Source of the DNA: Planctomycetota bacterium
GTDB taxonomy: Bacteria; Planctomycetota; Phycisphaerae; Phycisphaerales; Phycisphaeraceae
Length of the DNA: 64,000 nucleotides
Assembly: GCA_024279275.1 (NCBI GenBank)
Contig: JAJRRS010000128.1
Location: 2,121 to 66,120 of the forward strand
Direction: 5' to 3'
Part shown: positions 35,368 through 45,263 of the stretch, piece after piece
Position numbering within the stretch: the first letter of the stretch is position 1
How the letters are laid out: each line of letters begins with the position of its first letter
The notes under the pieces: model-generated
Told to the model about the DNA's origin: nothing
Seen by the model: the letters and a program-made list of their open reading frames with translations, nothing else
The model's database searches: none
Made by a program: the position numbers and the translations under genes

Positions 35368-36651
35368 ATGCGACGTAACTTGAGGGCGGTGTGCGCGGTC
35401 GTTCTGGGGATCCTTTCAACTCAAGCAGCCACGATGGCTGCTACCTTTGACATCATCGGCCAAGACTTTGTTGGCGGCGTCCAGTTCATCAATGGCAGCC
35501 TCCGCCCGTCGATCGGCGAAGATGGCAAAGTCGTCTTCGCCGCATCAAAACTACCCGCCGGCGAACAATCCTTCTTCGTTGGCGATGGATCAAACCCCTT
35601 ATCTTCCGCTACATACAGCCTGTCAGGTTACGACAACGTAGGCGTCGTGAAGATCGATTCCTCAGGCACCGTCTCATTCGTCGCCACACGCAACGCAACC
35701 CCCATGGACTTCCGCGGCGTCTACCGCACCGACACCTCAGGCTCCGCCTACTCAACCGTCTTCGAGGTTGAGAATGTCTTCGGCCCACCCCTGATGCCCG
35801 ACCCCCAATCACGCCTCGCCGTCTCCGCCAACGGCACACTCGCATTCAGCAACATCGTCAACGGCGAAGGCGCACTCTACACCGCGCCACAAGCCGGCAC
35901 CGCCACCGTCCTGCGTCAAGGCTCCGGCACGTTCTTTAATAACCTCCCCTTTGACGTCAATGACTCCGGCGCCGTCGCCATCCAGATGGAATACACCGAC
36001 CCCAATAACGGCCTGTCACGCGGTATCCTCATCTTCGACACCCCCGGCGAAGGCCTCGCCACCATCGAAACCACCATCGAACGTGTCGGCGTCGGCAACC
36101 AACCCAAACTCGCAATCAATAACCTCGGCCAGGTCGCCTTCATCCTGGACTTCACCGCCACCATCAACTACTTCGACCCACCACTCCCAAACGGCGGCAC
36201 ACCCAACGGCTCACAAATAATCACGCCCGGCGTCTACATGTCCACCCCCTCCGCATTCGGCACCCCCTTCGCTTTTACCAAGATCGCCGACACCAGCGGG
36301 GCGTTTAACGCCTTCAACGAGATCCGTCTCAACGACGACGGCACTATCGTCTTGGAAGCCAGCGTTGAAATCTCACCCGGGAACTTCGAGACCGGCATCT
36401 ACACAGGCGGTGACCCCATCGCCGACGAACTGGTCCGCACAGGCAAGACCATCAACATCAACGGTGAAGACAACTTCTTCTCCATCATCCGACTCGGCGA
36501 CCTCAACAACCAGGACCAACTCACCTTCCAAACCAGCGACTTCCTCACCACCGACCAACGCGTCTGGCGAGTAAACAACGTCCCCGAACCCACATCAATG
36601 ATGCTATTGCTCGCCGCCGCCACAACATACCTCTCACGCCGAAAGGCCTGA
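35368..36651 (+). CDS. PEP-CTERM protein with tandem D/NxxGxVAF-type repeats
   Basis: Repeated DGKVVFAA, SGTVSFVA, NGTLAFSN, SGAVAIQM, LGQVAFIL and DGTIVLEA strands. The C-terminus is VPEPTSMMLLLAAATTYLSRRKA. Confidence 0.8.
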   Translation: MRRNLRAVCAVVLGILSTQAATMAATFDIIGQDFVGGVQFINGSLRPSIGEDGKVVFAASKLPAGEQSFFVGDGSNPLSSATYSLSGYDNVGVVKIDSSGTVSFVATRNATPMDFRGVYRTDTSGSAYSTVFEVENVFGPPLMPDPQSRLAVSANGTLAFSNIVNGEGALYTAPQAGTATVLRQGSGTFFNNLPFDVNDSGAVAIQMEYTDPNNGLSRGILIFDTPGEGLATIETTIERVGVGNQPKLAINNLGQVAFILDFTATINYFDPPLPNGGTPNGSQIITPGVYMSTPSAFGTPFAFTKIADTSGAFNAFNEIRLNDDGTIVLEASVEISPGNFETGIYTGGDPIADELVRTGKTININGEDNFFSIIRLGDLNNQDQLTFQTSDFLTTDQRVWRVNNVPEPTSMMLLLAAATTYLSRRKA

Positions 36652-36810
36652 CTACCAGGAAAACCACAATATAGATCGTATGCAAAGGCCTACAAAAGTA
36701 GCCCAACAATTATCTCAAGACCCCATCTCACCAATCCCGCTCCCGCTTGGTGCAAACACCACTCTCCCGCCGTGTCCACCGTTCGTGGGGAAGGTCACAT
36801 CGCTCGACAT

Positions 36811-36893
36811 TCCGAATCTGTGTAATCTGCGCAATCTGCGGACACGCCCCTCCCCCGCTTTCTCCGTGTCTCTGTGACTCCGTGCGCTCCGTG
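36811..36893 (+). repeat. Module E (36811-36845) followed by module G (36862-36893)
   Basis: Matches 52-127 and the E copies at 15.3-15.6 kb. Confidence 0.85.
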
Positions 36894-37399
36894 CCCCCGC
36901 CTTGGCCTCCTCACCTTTCTTGTCTCCCTCAACATCCTCCACACCTTCACAGCCCACCCCCTCCGACCGTCCCCGTGCGCACATCCCCGACGATTCTCCA
37001 ATCAAAAATCCGCCACAACGCACATCCCCTTACCAACCCAGCCAACAAGACTTAACCCCACCGCACCGAACGCCTCGACCGCATCCATGCGCACAAACCT
37101 GACGCATTCACCATAGATAGAGGCGTATCCAATTTCTGGTTCGCCCCTGGAACCCGGATAACACATCCGGGGGCCGACAACCTCACGACGGCGATCGACA
37201 GCTACCCTGAGTATCCAAAGATTAAAAGGACCGGGACTCGCGGGCTGCCCTCACGCAACGCTGCACTCAAAAAGTGTATGCCGGTGACGGGACTTTGTAG
37301 CGGATCGCCCCGGCTAGATAGCGGATCAACAGCACACGGGCCTGGCCCGGTCCCAGCGATCCCCTGGCTGCCGCTACCGCCGGTGAATCGTGAGGCTTT

Positions 37400-37612
37400 A
37401 GATTGATGACCTGTGATGGATGATAGATGATGCGAGGAACAAGACTTAAACACAGAGAGTACAAAGCACACCAAGACACCGAGAAGATCAACACACCGCA
37501 CGAAGCGCCGCGACTTGTCGCGTCCCCTTCTTATCTGTGTCATCTGCGCAATCTGCAGACACTCTCTTCTTCAGTCCTCTTCCGATCCCTTCGCGCCTTC
37601 GTGGCTATCCTA
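37400..37612. repeat. Inverted D-type heptads (37400-37437), module B (37499-37522), module E (37533-37563), module H variant (37590-37612)
   Basis: TGATTGATGACCTGTGATGGATGATAGATGATG is the G-rich complement of the D modules. B and E are in direct orientation. Confidence 0.75.
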
Positions 37613-38876
37613 CGCCCCCTCTGCGGTGAACCCTATGCCTCAACACCGCCACACAACCCAACCCCACCACCAGCCCCGCCGTCGGCTCAGGGACCACCAC
37701 CAATGACGGCGCCCCCGCGTTCCAATTCCCAAGCACCGTGTTCAGATCCTCAATCCCCACAAAACCATCCGCACTCGGATCCCCAGCACTATAAAACCCA
37801 GGCAGAACAAATTGGTTCCAATGACTCAGAACAGTGTTGAGGTCATCGATCCCAACAAACCCGTCGGCATTAAGGTCGCCAATGATAACCGGACGGTCCG
37901 GATCGCCGGTCGCAACGACATCCACTTCGATGCCGAGATTTGTCCCAGTCGCAATCGTGTCAGGCGCGTCAAGCCATTCAAGCCAGACGCTCAGAGAATC
38001 ATCGTTAGGACTCGTTGTGCCAGCAAGAAATCCCTGCACACCCAGCCGCATCCCATTCGTATTAGTCAGGTCAATACGGATCGTCGGGCTGTCGGCAAAC
38101 CAGGTGGAACCAGGACTCTTAATCAATTCGATCCACCCCCCAACCTCATCAGCCGCAGAGAACAGATGGCTATTGCGTGCGGTCGCACTGGTGAGTTGCA
38201 GTGTCTGGATATCACCATTGACATCTTCATAACGGATCATGTCAGCATCGTAGACGCTGGAAGTCGAGAACATGCTCGACACCGTCATCATCCGAAAGCG
38301 ATCGTTGCCGGTAAAGAATCCGGTAACAAGATTGATGTTCTGATCGGAGGTGAAGTCGACGGTCAACCCAACCGTGGTTTTGCCGACGATCGGATCGGGG
38401 AACGAGCGTGTGGTAGTCAGGCTGGCCTGTGTGCCAAAGTCCCCAACGATCTGGCTGGCATATCGCAAGGCCGAAGTAGCTGTGACATCCCCGCGTGTAA
38501 CGGTAGGAATGAACTGCAACCCAGAGGTAGTGCGGAACGAAGCCGAGCCGACCACGCTGGTCCCCAGAGCCGCCCCGCTACCGTCGGGCTTCTGGTAGGT
38601 GTTCCGCAGGAAGGTGTTGGTGTGAAGATCAACAAAGACCAGCGGGAAACTCCCCGTGCCCGGCACCTGGTCGAACGCCTCAACGATCTTGTGGTTATGC
38701 CCACCAATCAGCGAGTTGTTAAAGAAGATCGGGACCGCCGGCTCAAGCACACCGCCATCGGCAGCACGCAACGCGAGTGTGCCGTCGTCGAAAATTACCT
38801 GATCGCTTGCGACCGCAGGCATAACGGCCATAAAGCAGATCGGCAACAGTTTCCACGCGGTCATCCGGCGACTCAT
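37605..38876 (-). CDS. Secreted protein with two dockerin-like repeats and a PEP-CTERM anchor
   Basis: GDLNADGFVGIDDLNTVLSHWNQ and GDPSADGFVGIEDLNTVLGNWN, followed by VPEPTAGLVVGLGCVAVLRHR. Confidence 0.8.
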   Translation of the reverse strand: MSRRMTAWKLLPICFMAVMPAVASDQVIFDDGTLALRAADGGVLEPAVPIFFNNSLIGGHNHKIVEAFDQVPGTGSFPLVFVDLHTNTFLRNTYQKPDGSGAALGTSVVGSASFRTTSGLQFIPTVTRGDVTATSALRYASQIVGDFGTQASLTTTRSFPDPIVGKTTVGLTVDFTSDQNINLVTGFFTGNDRFRMMTVSSMFSTSSVYDADMIRYEDVNGDIQTLQLTSATARNSHLFSAADEVGGWIELIKSPGSTWFADSPTIRIDLTNTNGMRLGVQGFLAGTTSPNDDSLSVWLEWLDAPDTIATGTNLGIEVDVVATGDPDRPVIIGDLNADGFVGIDDLNTVLSHWNQFVLPGFYSAGDPSADGFVGIEDLNTVLGNWNAGAPSLVVVPEPTAGLVVGLGCVAVLRHRVHRRGGVG

Positions 38877-38948
38877 TCTTCCCTCCTGTCACAACTCATA
38901 GTATTCACCATACCACCGACTCGGCAAGGATTTATACGCATAAATGTG

Positions 38949-41471
38949 CTATTTCAATATCACCACAACCCGATGCTCACCGTTTGGTGCCTCAGGCGGC
39001 GGGATGACAGCCCCATCGATCCGTTTGCCATCGACCGTAACCGACGCAACGGTAAGACCCGCCCCGTCGGGACGTGTAACCTCGATGTGATACACATTGC
39101 TACGGTAACGCCTGGTCATCTTAAACCCCGGCCAATGCGACGGGATGCACGGGTCGATCAGCAACCCCTCCCATGTCGGCCGAACACCCATGATCGATTC
39201 CATCAGCACCCGGTAAACCCATGCCGACGATCCCGTGTACCACGTCCAGCCACCACGCCCATACAGCGGCGAGTCCGGACCATCGACATTCGCAGCCATG
39301 ACATAAGGCTCACACTGATACAACTTCGCGTCCATCCCCCGCTGCGGTGGCGACATCTTGCGGAACAAATTCCACGCCTTGTCAGGCCGCTTCAGTTGGC
39401 ACTCCATCTGAATAGCCCAGGCGGCGGCATGAGTGTACAGCCCGCCGTTCTCGCGCGTGCCCGCAGCATAGCGTGTCAGATATCCGATACGCGGGTCGGG
39501 GTTCGTGTAAGCCGGTTGCAAAAGTACCGCGCCGTAGTCCCGGTAGAGTTTTGTCTCCAGCGATTCGAGTACCGCCTCTTTGCGATCGTCGGGAACGATG
39601 CCGCTGAGGATCGACCAGACCTGCGGGTTCAGGTGGATCTTGCCTTCATGTGCGGTGTCGCTACCAACAAGCGTACCGTCGTCGCAACTCGCGGCCCAGT
39701 ACCATTGGCCGTCCCAACCATGAGTGTTTACCGCATCAGTGAGGCTCTTGATCTCCGCACGGTAATGTTCGACACGCTGCTGCTCTTGCGCGGGCAACTT
39801 GCCGTTTTTAATCGCACGTTCAATTGCGGGGCAGAACTCATTGAGGATCGCAACCAGGAACTGCGCCACCCAGACGCTCTCGCCCTTGCCTTCCCAACCG
39901 GTGACGGAAAACCCGTCATTCCAATCCCCGGTCCCGATCAACGGCAGCCCGCGTTCGCTGCGCTTAGAGAACGACCGTTCGATCGCCCGCGTGCAGTGTT
40001 CGTAAAGCGTGCCGGTGTGATCGGCATCAATCGCTTGATCGAGATAGGGCGCGGTCTCGTTGAAGATACCAAAGTCGGCTGTCTCTTTGAGGTAGTTGCA
40101 AGTTACAAATGGCAACCAGAGCAGGTCGTCGGAGAACTGCGACTCCATGCCGTCTTCCGTGATCGGGTGCCACCAGTGCTGGACGTGACCCGCCGAAAAC
40201 TGATGCGCCGCGTGGAGCATGATCTGCGCCTTGGTTCGCGTGGGGTCCAGGTGCAGGAAGAGTTGACTGTCCTGCAATTGATCCCGGTAGCCAAACGCCC
40301 CCCCGGTCTGGTAGTACGCGGTCCGCCCCCAGATACGCGACGACAGCGACTGGTACTTCAGCCAGCGGTTGACCATGAGGTTCACACCGTCGTCAGGCGT
40401 GTCGGCTTGCGATGCATCCATCCAGCGCGACCAGAACTTTTCAACCTCACGCATGGCCTTATCGACCGCGTCGGGTTGTTGATACTGTTGGACACTCTGC
40501 TCAGCTTGTTCGCTGGAATCAGCAACGCCCAGCGTAAATATCATCGTCTGGGATTCACCCGGTGCAAGTTCGACTGGCACACGCAGACTCGCCACCGAGT
40601 CGTCCCATCGGCCGGTCGTCTTGGCGACATATCCTCCTTCGCGCAACGCCATAGGCGACGCGTTCGTGCCGTACTGCCCGATGAAAGCTTCTTTGTTGCC
40701 GGACGCCGCAGAAGCGGGAAGGTCCACACTGTGGAACGCGACCTTGTCCCAATCACGGTTCCAGTGCTGCCCCTTTTCGTTTTGGATATCCCACATCCGC
40801 TTGGTGGCGAAGACCGCGCGATGGTCGTCTGCGAGTTGGGTTTCAAGAAACGTCTTATGAAACTCCCGGTGAGTGTCGGGCGCGACGCCTAAACACCATT
40901 CGAGATAGGACCAGACCGACAAAATCCGTTTACGCTTGCCTTTGTTAGTTAGCGTGAGCCGCCAGATCTCAACCGATTCACCCGGCGGAACTGTCAACGT
41001 CATCTGTGTCTCGACGTCTTGGTTGACTGTCGTGAAAGTAGTGTACCCGATGCCGTGTCTGCATTCGTATGATTCGTAATCCTTGCAGACAGGCTTCCAC
41101 GAGGGCGACCAGAACTCGCCGGTGTCTTCGTCGCGGATGTAGAGATATTTTCCACATGAGTCAGAAACCAGATCCTGGTCCCAGCGTGTAATGCGGTTAA
41201 GCCCCGCGTGTGTCTGCCACGAGTAACCGCCACCGATCTGTGAGACCACCAGGCCGTAGTCACCCGGGCAGATCACGTTGACCCAAGGCTTGGGCGTGTC
41301 CGGGCGCGTGATGACATACTCGCTGCCGTCGGCAGTGAAGTAGCCGTAGCCGTTGTCAAACAGCTTGCCTGACAGTGAGCTGGGGGAACCGGGGGAACCG
41401 GGGGAACCGGGGGCATTGACTTTCACGGGTTTGATAATAGGTCGGGTCACTCTAGTCACAACATACTCCAA
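38949..41471 (-). CDS. GH94-family glycoside phosphorylase (cellobiose/chitobiose/laminaribiose phosphorylase-like)
   Basis: FDNGYGYFTADGSEYVITRPDTPKPW, GGAFGYRDQLQDS and GTGDWNDG motifs. Length is 840 aa. The N-terminal 35 aa carry the 9-bp repeat. Confidence 0.88.
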   Translation of the reverse strand: MEYVVTRVTRPIIKPVKVNAPGSPGSPGSPSSLSGKLFDNGYGYFTADGSEYVITRPDTPKPWVNVICPGDYGLVVSQIGGGYSWQTHAGLNRITRWDQDLVSDSCGKYLYIRDEDTGEFWSPSWKPVCKDYESYECRHGIGYTTFTTVNQDVETQMTLTVPPGESVEIWRLTLTNKGKRKRILSVWSYLEWCLGVAPDTHREFHKTFLETQLADDHRAVFATKRMWDIQNEKGQHWNRDWDKVAFHSVDLPASAASGNKEAFIGQYGTNASPMALREGGYVAKTTGRWDDSVASLRVPVELAPGESQTMIFTLGVADSSEQAEQSVQQYQQPDAVDKAMREVEKFWSRWMDASQADTPDDGVNLMVNRWLKYQSLSSRIWGRTAYYQTGGAFGYRDQLQDSQLFLHLDPTRTKAQIMLHAAHQFSAGHVQHWWHPITEDGMESQFSDDLLWLPFVTCNYLKETADFGIFNETAPYLDQAIDADHTGTLYEHCTRAIERSFSKRSERGLPLIGTGDWNDGFSVTGWEGKGESVWVAQFLVAILNEFCPAIERAIKNGKLPAQEQQRVEHYRAEIKSLTDAVNTHGWDGQWYWAASCDDGTLVGSDTAHEGKIHLNPQVWSILSGIVPDDRKEAVLESLETKLYRDYGAVLLQPAYTNPDPRIGYLTRYAAGTRENGGLYTHAAAWAIQMECQLKRPDKAWNLFRKMSPPQRGMDAKLYQCEPYVMAANVDGPDSPLYGRGGWTWYTGSSAWVYRVLMESIMGVRPTWEGLLIDPCIPSHWPGFKMTRRYRSNVYHIEVTRPDGAGLTVASVTVDGKRIDGAVIPPPEAPNGEHRVVVILK
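41382..41413 (+). repeat. 9-bp tandem repeat GGGGGAACC x3 (+ partial) inside the 5-prime end of the GH94 CDS
   Basis: It encodes PGSPGSPGSP on the minus strand. The unit is identical to 20469-20495 but read in a different frame. Confidence 0.9.
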
Positions 41472-41507
41472 TCAATACAACAAACAAACTCCGGCGTGTG
41501 AAACGAA

Positions 41508-42884
41508 TCACCCCTTGAGGCCGGACATGGAAATCCCCTCGATAAACGTCTTCTGAGCCAGAAAAAACAGGGCGATGACAGGTAACACCACCAGCGTGCT
41601 GGCCGCCATCAGGTAATGCCACTGCGTGCCGCCGCTCTTGCTCTGGAAGAACTGCAGGCCAAGCGCCAACGTAAAATCATTCTGGTCCGTCAGGTAAATC
41701 AGCGGCCCCAGGAAGTCGTTCCAGGTGCCCATGAATTGAAACAGCGCCACCACCGTGATCGCCGGGCGTGCCAACGGCAGGATGATCTGCCAGAAGATCC
41801 GTATCTCGCTGCACCCGTCGATCTTTGCGGATTCGGACAGGTCCTTGGGGATCGTCCGGAAGAACTGGCGCAACAGGAAGACGTTGAACGCGCCCGCAAA
41901 GAAAGTCGGGACCCACAACGGCTTGAGCGTGCCGATCCAACCAAGGTCACGGAACATCGTGAACAGCGGGACCATCACCACCGGGAACGGGATCATCATC
42001 GTCGCCATCACGACCAGGAAAACCTTGTCCCGCCCGGGCCATTCGATACGCGAGAACCCGTAGGCGACCAGCGTGCTGGAGCAGACCGTCCCTATCACCG
42101 TCAGCACGCAGAGGACGAGCGTGTTCTTAAGATAAGTCGGGAACATCTTCATCGCATCGATCGCCTTGGCGAAGTTGCCCCAACGAAGCGATATCTTTTC
42201 TTGCAAGTCTCCGACCGTGGCGGCCCGTTGTTCGACCTGCACATGCGCCAGTTCTGTTCGGTCGTCCCAAGGGATCAGCGATTTTGTCAGCAACCCCGGC
42301 AAGACGGTGAGCGTTTCGGTTTCGCCGAACGATGCTTCGGTGTCCTTGATCGTCTGGTCGTAGGTCTTGCGGAGATCGGTTTGATCGACGGATATCTTCG
42401 ACATGTACCCCTCGGCATCGATCACGACGACATAAACTTGCCCGTCGTCTTCATGTCCGACGCCATTGCCAGCGATTCGTGCGGGACGCAGTCCGGCCTG
42501 AGTGTTCGCCTGCAAATGGTAATTCACCGTCACTGCCACGGGAGCGGTAGCGTCGGGATCAAAGTCAGAATCTACTGGCTTTACCGGAACCTGTTCACCG
42601 TCGATTTGCATTAACCATTGATACGCGATCTGCACGGTGATCGGCGTGTCGGGGCCGGCGTAGTTTTCATCATCCGGGGAAGGGAGTTTTTCTACCCCCA
42701 CCGAGAGGCCTTTGCCGTCCACGATCATCAGTTGCTTGTACGCCAGCCAACGCGGGGGCGAACTCATCGCCTGGTCGATCGGCTTGAGCGCGGTGGACAG
42801 CATCCACAACAGCGGGATCGTGAAGATCGCCGCGCCGCCAAGCAGCACAACGTAAAGCATCAGCTTCCGCAGGCGGTTTGCCAT
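41508..42884 (-). CDS. Carbohydrate ABC transporter permease (MalG-like) with a ~190-aa extracytoplasmic insertion
   Basis: The EAA loop region is SESAKIDGCSEIRIFWQIILPLARP. There are six TM segments. The insertion lies between TM1 and TM2. Confidence 0.88.
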   Translation of the reverse strand: MANRLRKLMLYVVLLGGAAIFTIPLLWMLSTALKPIDQAMSSPPRWLAYKQLMIVDGKGLSVGVEKLPSPDDENYAGPDTPITVQIAYQWLMQIDGEQVPVKPVDSDFDPDATAPVAVTVNYHLQANTQAGLRPARIAGNGVGHEDDGQVYVVVIDAEGYMSKISVDQTDLRKTYDQTIKDTEASFGETETLTVLPGLLTKSLIPWDDRTELAHVQVEQRAATVGDLQEKISLRWGNFAKAIDAMKMFPTYLKNTLVLCVLTVIGTVCSSTLVAYGFSRIEWPGRDKVFLVVMATMMIPFPVVMVPLFTMFRDLGWIGTLKPLWVPTFFAGAFNVFLLRQFFRTIPKDLSESAKIDGCSEIRIFWQIILPLARPAITVVALFQFMGTWNDFLGPLIYLTDQNDFTLALGLQFFQSKSGGTQWHYLMAASTLVVLPVIALFFLAQKTFIEGISMSGLKG

Positions 42885-43771
42885 CAGCTATCCCCCCCAT
42901 AGTAGACGTGCTTGCGGGAGGCTGCGGTCGCGCCCCAAGTCATCAGGATGATAATGACAAACAGCACCCACGCCATCGCGCAGGCGTAGCCCATGTTAAG
43001 GTAAGAGAAGGCGTTCTGATACAGATTGACCGCGTAGAACAGGGCCGAGCGGTTGGGGCCGCTGCCGCCGAGCATCACGAACGGACGGACGAACTCCTGC
43101 AGCGCGCCGATGATCCCCATGATCAGGTTGAAGTAGATCGCTGGCGAGATCATCGGCACGGTGATGTGCATGAGCCTGACGGGTGCGGATGCGCCGTCGA
43201 TCTGTGCCGATTCATACAGCGCCCGGGGCACGTCCTGCAACGCCGCCAGGAAGATCACGATCGTCCCGCCGACCTGCCAGACGCCGGACATCACCAGCGT
43301 CGGTTTGACCCACGCCTCATCGGTCAGCCAACCGGGGCCGGTGATACCGATTTTTGATAGCGCGTAATTCACCAAACTATAATCGCCGTTGAATAGCCAT
43401 ATCCAGATCATCGACACGCCCACCAACGGCACGATCGACGGCAGGTAGTAAGCGGTGCGGAAGATCGACCGACCTTTGACTTCCTGATTGAGCATCACCG
43501 CGATCAGCAGGGACAGGATCAAACCCAACGGGATCGAGAAGATCGCGAAGTAGAACGTGTTGTAGAGCGCCTTCCAGAAGACCGAATCGCCCACCATGTC
43601 CTGATAATTCAGCGTCCCGATAAAGGCGGGCTTGTTCAGCACGTCGTAGTCGCAGAACGAGTAATACAGCGATGTACACAGCGGGTAAAGCCCGAACACG
43701 GCGAAGCCGACGATCCACGGGCTGATGAAGCCCAGGCCTTTCACGAGGTTTTGACGTTCACCTTTGGTCAT
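42884..43771 (-). CDS. Carbohydrate ABC transporter permease (MalF-like)
   Basis: YESAQIDGASAPVRLMHITVPMISP. The ATG at 43771 overlaps the upstream stop as TGATG. The alternative start at 43783 would add 4 aa. Confidence 0.88.
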   Translation of the reverse strand: MTKGERQNLVKGLGFISPWIVGFAVFGLYPLCTSLYYSFCDYDVLNKPAFIGTLNYQDMVGDSVFWKALYNTFYFAIFSIPLGLILSLLIAVMLNQEVKGRSIFRTAYYLPSIVPLVGVSMIWIWLFNGDYSLVNYALSKIGITGPGWLTDEAWVKPTLVMSGVWQVGGTIVIFLAALQDVPRALYESAQIDGASAPVRLMHITVPMISPAIYFNLIMGIIGALQEFVRPFVMLGGSGPNRSALFYAVNLYQNAFSYLNMGYACAMAWVLFVIIILMTWGATAASRKHVYYGGDS

Positions 43772-45258
43772 CACCCGCCCCACTCCGCCACACGCTCGTC
43801 CTTAACCATGTCCCACCGTCGAAGCACGCGATCGAGCCTGCGTTGGACTCGTTTCTGGACATCGCCAAGCGCCTCTTCGACGGTCGCGGAACCTGCGTGG
43901 ATCCGATCGACCGCGGCCAGCATCTCGTCTTTGTATTCGTTCCAGATCGATAGACGGGGAACGATCACCGCGTTGGGGCTGTTCGCCAGGTCTATAAAGA
44001 CTTGGATCGAGGGGTTGGGGTGGATGCTGACAAATGAATCGCTGACCTGCGTAAGCGGGCTGAACTTGCGTTGCCCCATGCACAGTTTTTCCATCGGGCT
44101 TTGTAAGTTGACATAGCGGATAAACTCGAACGCTTCGTCGGGGTGACTCGCGCCGCGGGGGATCACCAGAACGTCCGACTCGATAATGGCGACCGGTGCC
44201 GCCCCCTCTGGCAGCGCCGACGGGAATGCCGCCGCGCCCCAACGCATACCTGGAGCGAATTGATCGATGAAGTTAAACATCCACACGCCCTGTAACACCA
44301 TCGCGACCTGTCCGCTAAGGAACGGGTCCTGCGGCGAGGCGGCGTTGCCGAACGAAGCGCCGAACGTGTCCAGATTACGTCGGCCGTACTTCTGAGAATA
44401 GCCCGCAAACCAGTTAAAGGCCTCGATGTTTTTATCGTTAGCCGCTGTGGCCTGACGCTCACCGTCCCACAACTCGCCACCGAACCAGTAGCCCCACAAC
44501 TCAACAAACATGCCGGGCACTTTCGGGGAATGCCCAAGCTGGATGATCTTAAAATCCTTGGCGTCCCGCTCCGCATCCGTCAATTCAGGGAATCGCAAGC
44601 GGACGTTTTCACCATCGCGCTTCAACTCGACGATCGTAAGTTGCTCGGCCATCGCATCGAGTTCGGCGATCGTGGTCGGCGGTTTGTCAGGATCCAGACC
44701 GGCCTCCTCAAATAGTCGCTTGTTCCAGTGCAATGCGACCGACGCTGGCGTTGTGGGCAGCGCCCAGGAGAATCCCCGGTGCCGACAACACGCCCAGATC
44801 GCCGGGATGTAGTCCGCCTCCGTGATCCCCGCGTCACGCAGGTAATCATCCAACGGCGTGAGCGCTCCCTTCTCGGCAAACACCGGGACCGTATGCGTCC
44901 AGACTCCCGCCACGTCCGGCGGGTTGCCGCCCGCCGTAGACAGCAGCAGTTTTTGATCCACATCGCTGACCGACAGCATCTTCACGAAGATACGGTCCTG
45001 CGACGCGTTGAAGTCGTCCACCACCGCACGCATCGCCTCGGCCTCGAAGCCGGTCCACTTCTCCCAGTACCGCACGATCACCCGTCCGTCCGGTGTATGA
45101 GTCGGCTCGTCGTTACCGCAACCCTGCAAACCGATCAGTAGCACCGCTAACAATCCAAACGTCAACACGCTTCCACACAGACACACCCACCGCCCCGCGC
45201 CGCTGCGGCATCGGGCGTCATGTCTCTGGCTAAATGTCTCACGGTCGAGATCGTCCAC
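43771..45258 (-). CDS. ABC transporter extracellular solute-binding lipoprotein (sugar-binding family 1)
   Basis: The lipobox is LIGLQGC. It has the typical SBP size and sits next to the two permease genes. Confidence 0.8.
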   Translation of the reverse strand: MDDLDRETFSQRHDARCRSGAGRWVCLCGSVLTFGLLAVLLIGLQGCGNDEPTHTPDGRVIVRYWEKWTGFEAEAMRAVVDDFNASQDRIFVKMLSVSDVDQKLLLSTAGGNPPDVAGVWTHTVPVFAEKGALTPLDDYLRDAGITEADYIPAIWACCRHRGFSWALPTTPASVALHWNKRLFEEAGLDPDKPPTTIAELDAMAEQLTIVELKRDGENVRLRFPELTDAERDAKDFKIIQLGHSPKVPGMFVELWGYWFGGELWDGERQATAANDKNIEAFNWFAGYSQKYGRRNLDTFGASFGNAASPQDPFLSGQVAMVLQGVWMFNFIDQFAPGMRWGAAAFPSALPEGAAPVAIIESDVLVIPRGASHPDEAFEFIRYVNLQSPMEKLCMGQRKFSPLTQVSDSFVSIHPNPSIQVFIDLANSPNAVIVPRLSIWNEYKDEMLAAVDRIHAGSATVEEALGDVQKRVQRRLDRVLRRWDMVKDERVAEWGG

Positions 45259-45263
45259 GCTGA

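Noticed and set aside
37100-37420. RNase P RNA, tmRNA, SRP RNA or 6S RNA in the gene-free core.
   Set aside because: The hallmark strings are absent on both strands: GGAAAGTCCGGGC for RNase P, a tRNA-like 3-prime end with a tag ORF for tmRNA, and the GGAAG-containing domain IV of SRP. I keep it only as an unclassified candidate.
36652-37604. A dif/XerCD site or replication terminus at the convergent gene junction.
   Set aside because: I found no 28-bp dif-like palindrome of the GGTGCGCATAATGTATATTATGTTAAAT type. The orientation flip of some repeats is only suggestive.
37812-40892. A 1026-aa plus-strand ORF, the longest in that region.
   Set aside because: It is antisense to the well-supported GH94 phosphorylase and PEP-CTERM genes. 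The translation is Arg/Pro/His-rich with no recognisable motifs, which is typical of a shadow ORF in GC-rich DNA.
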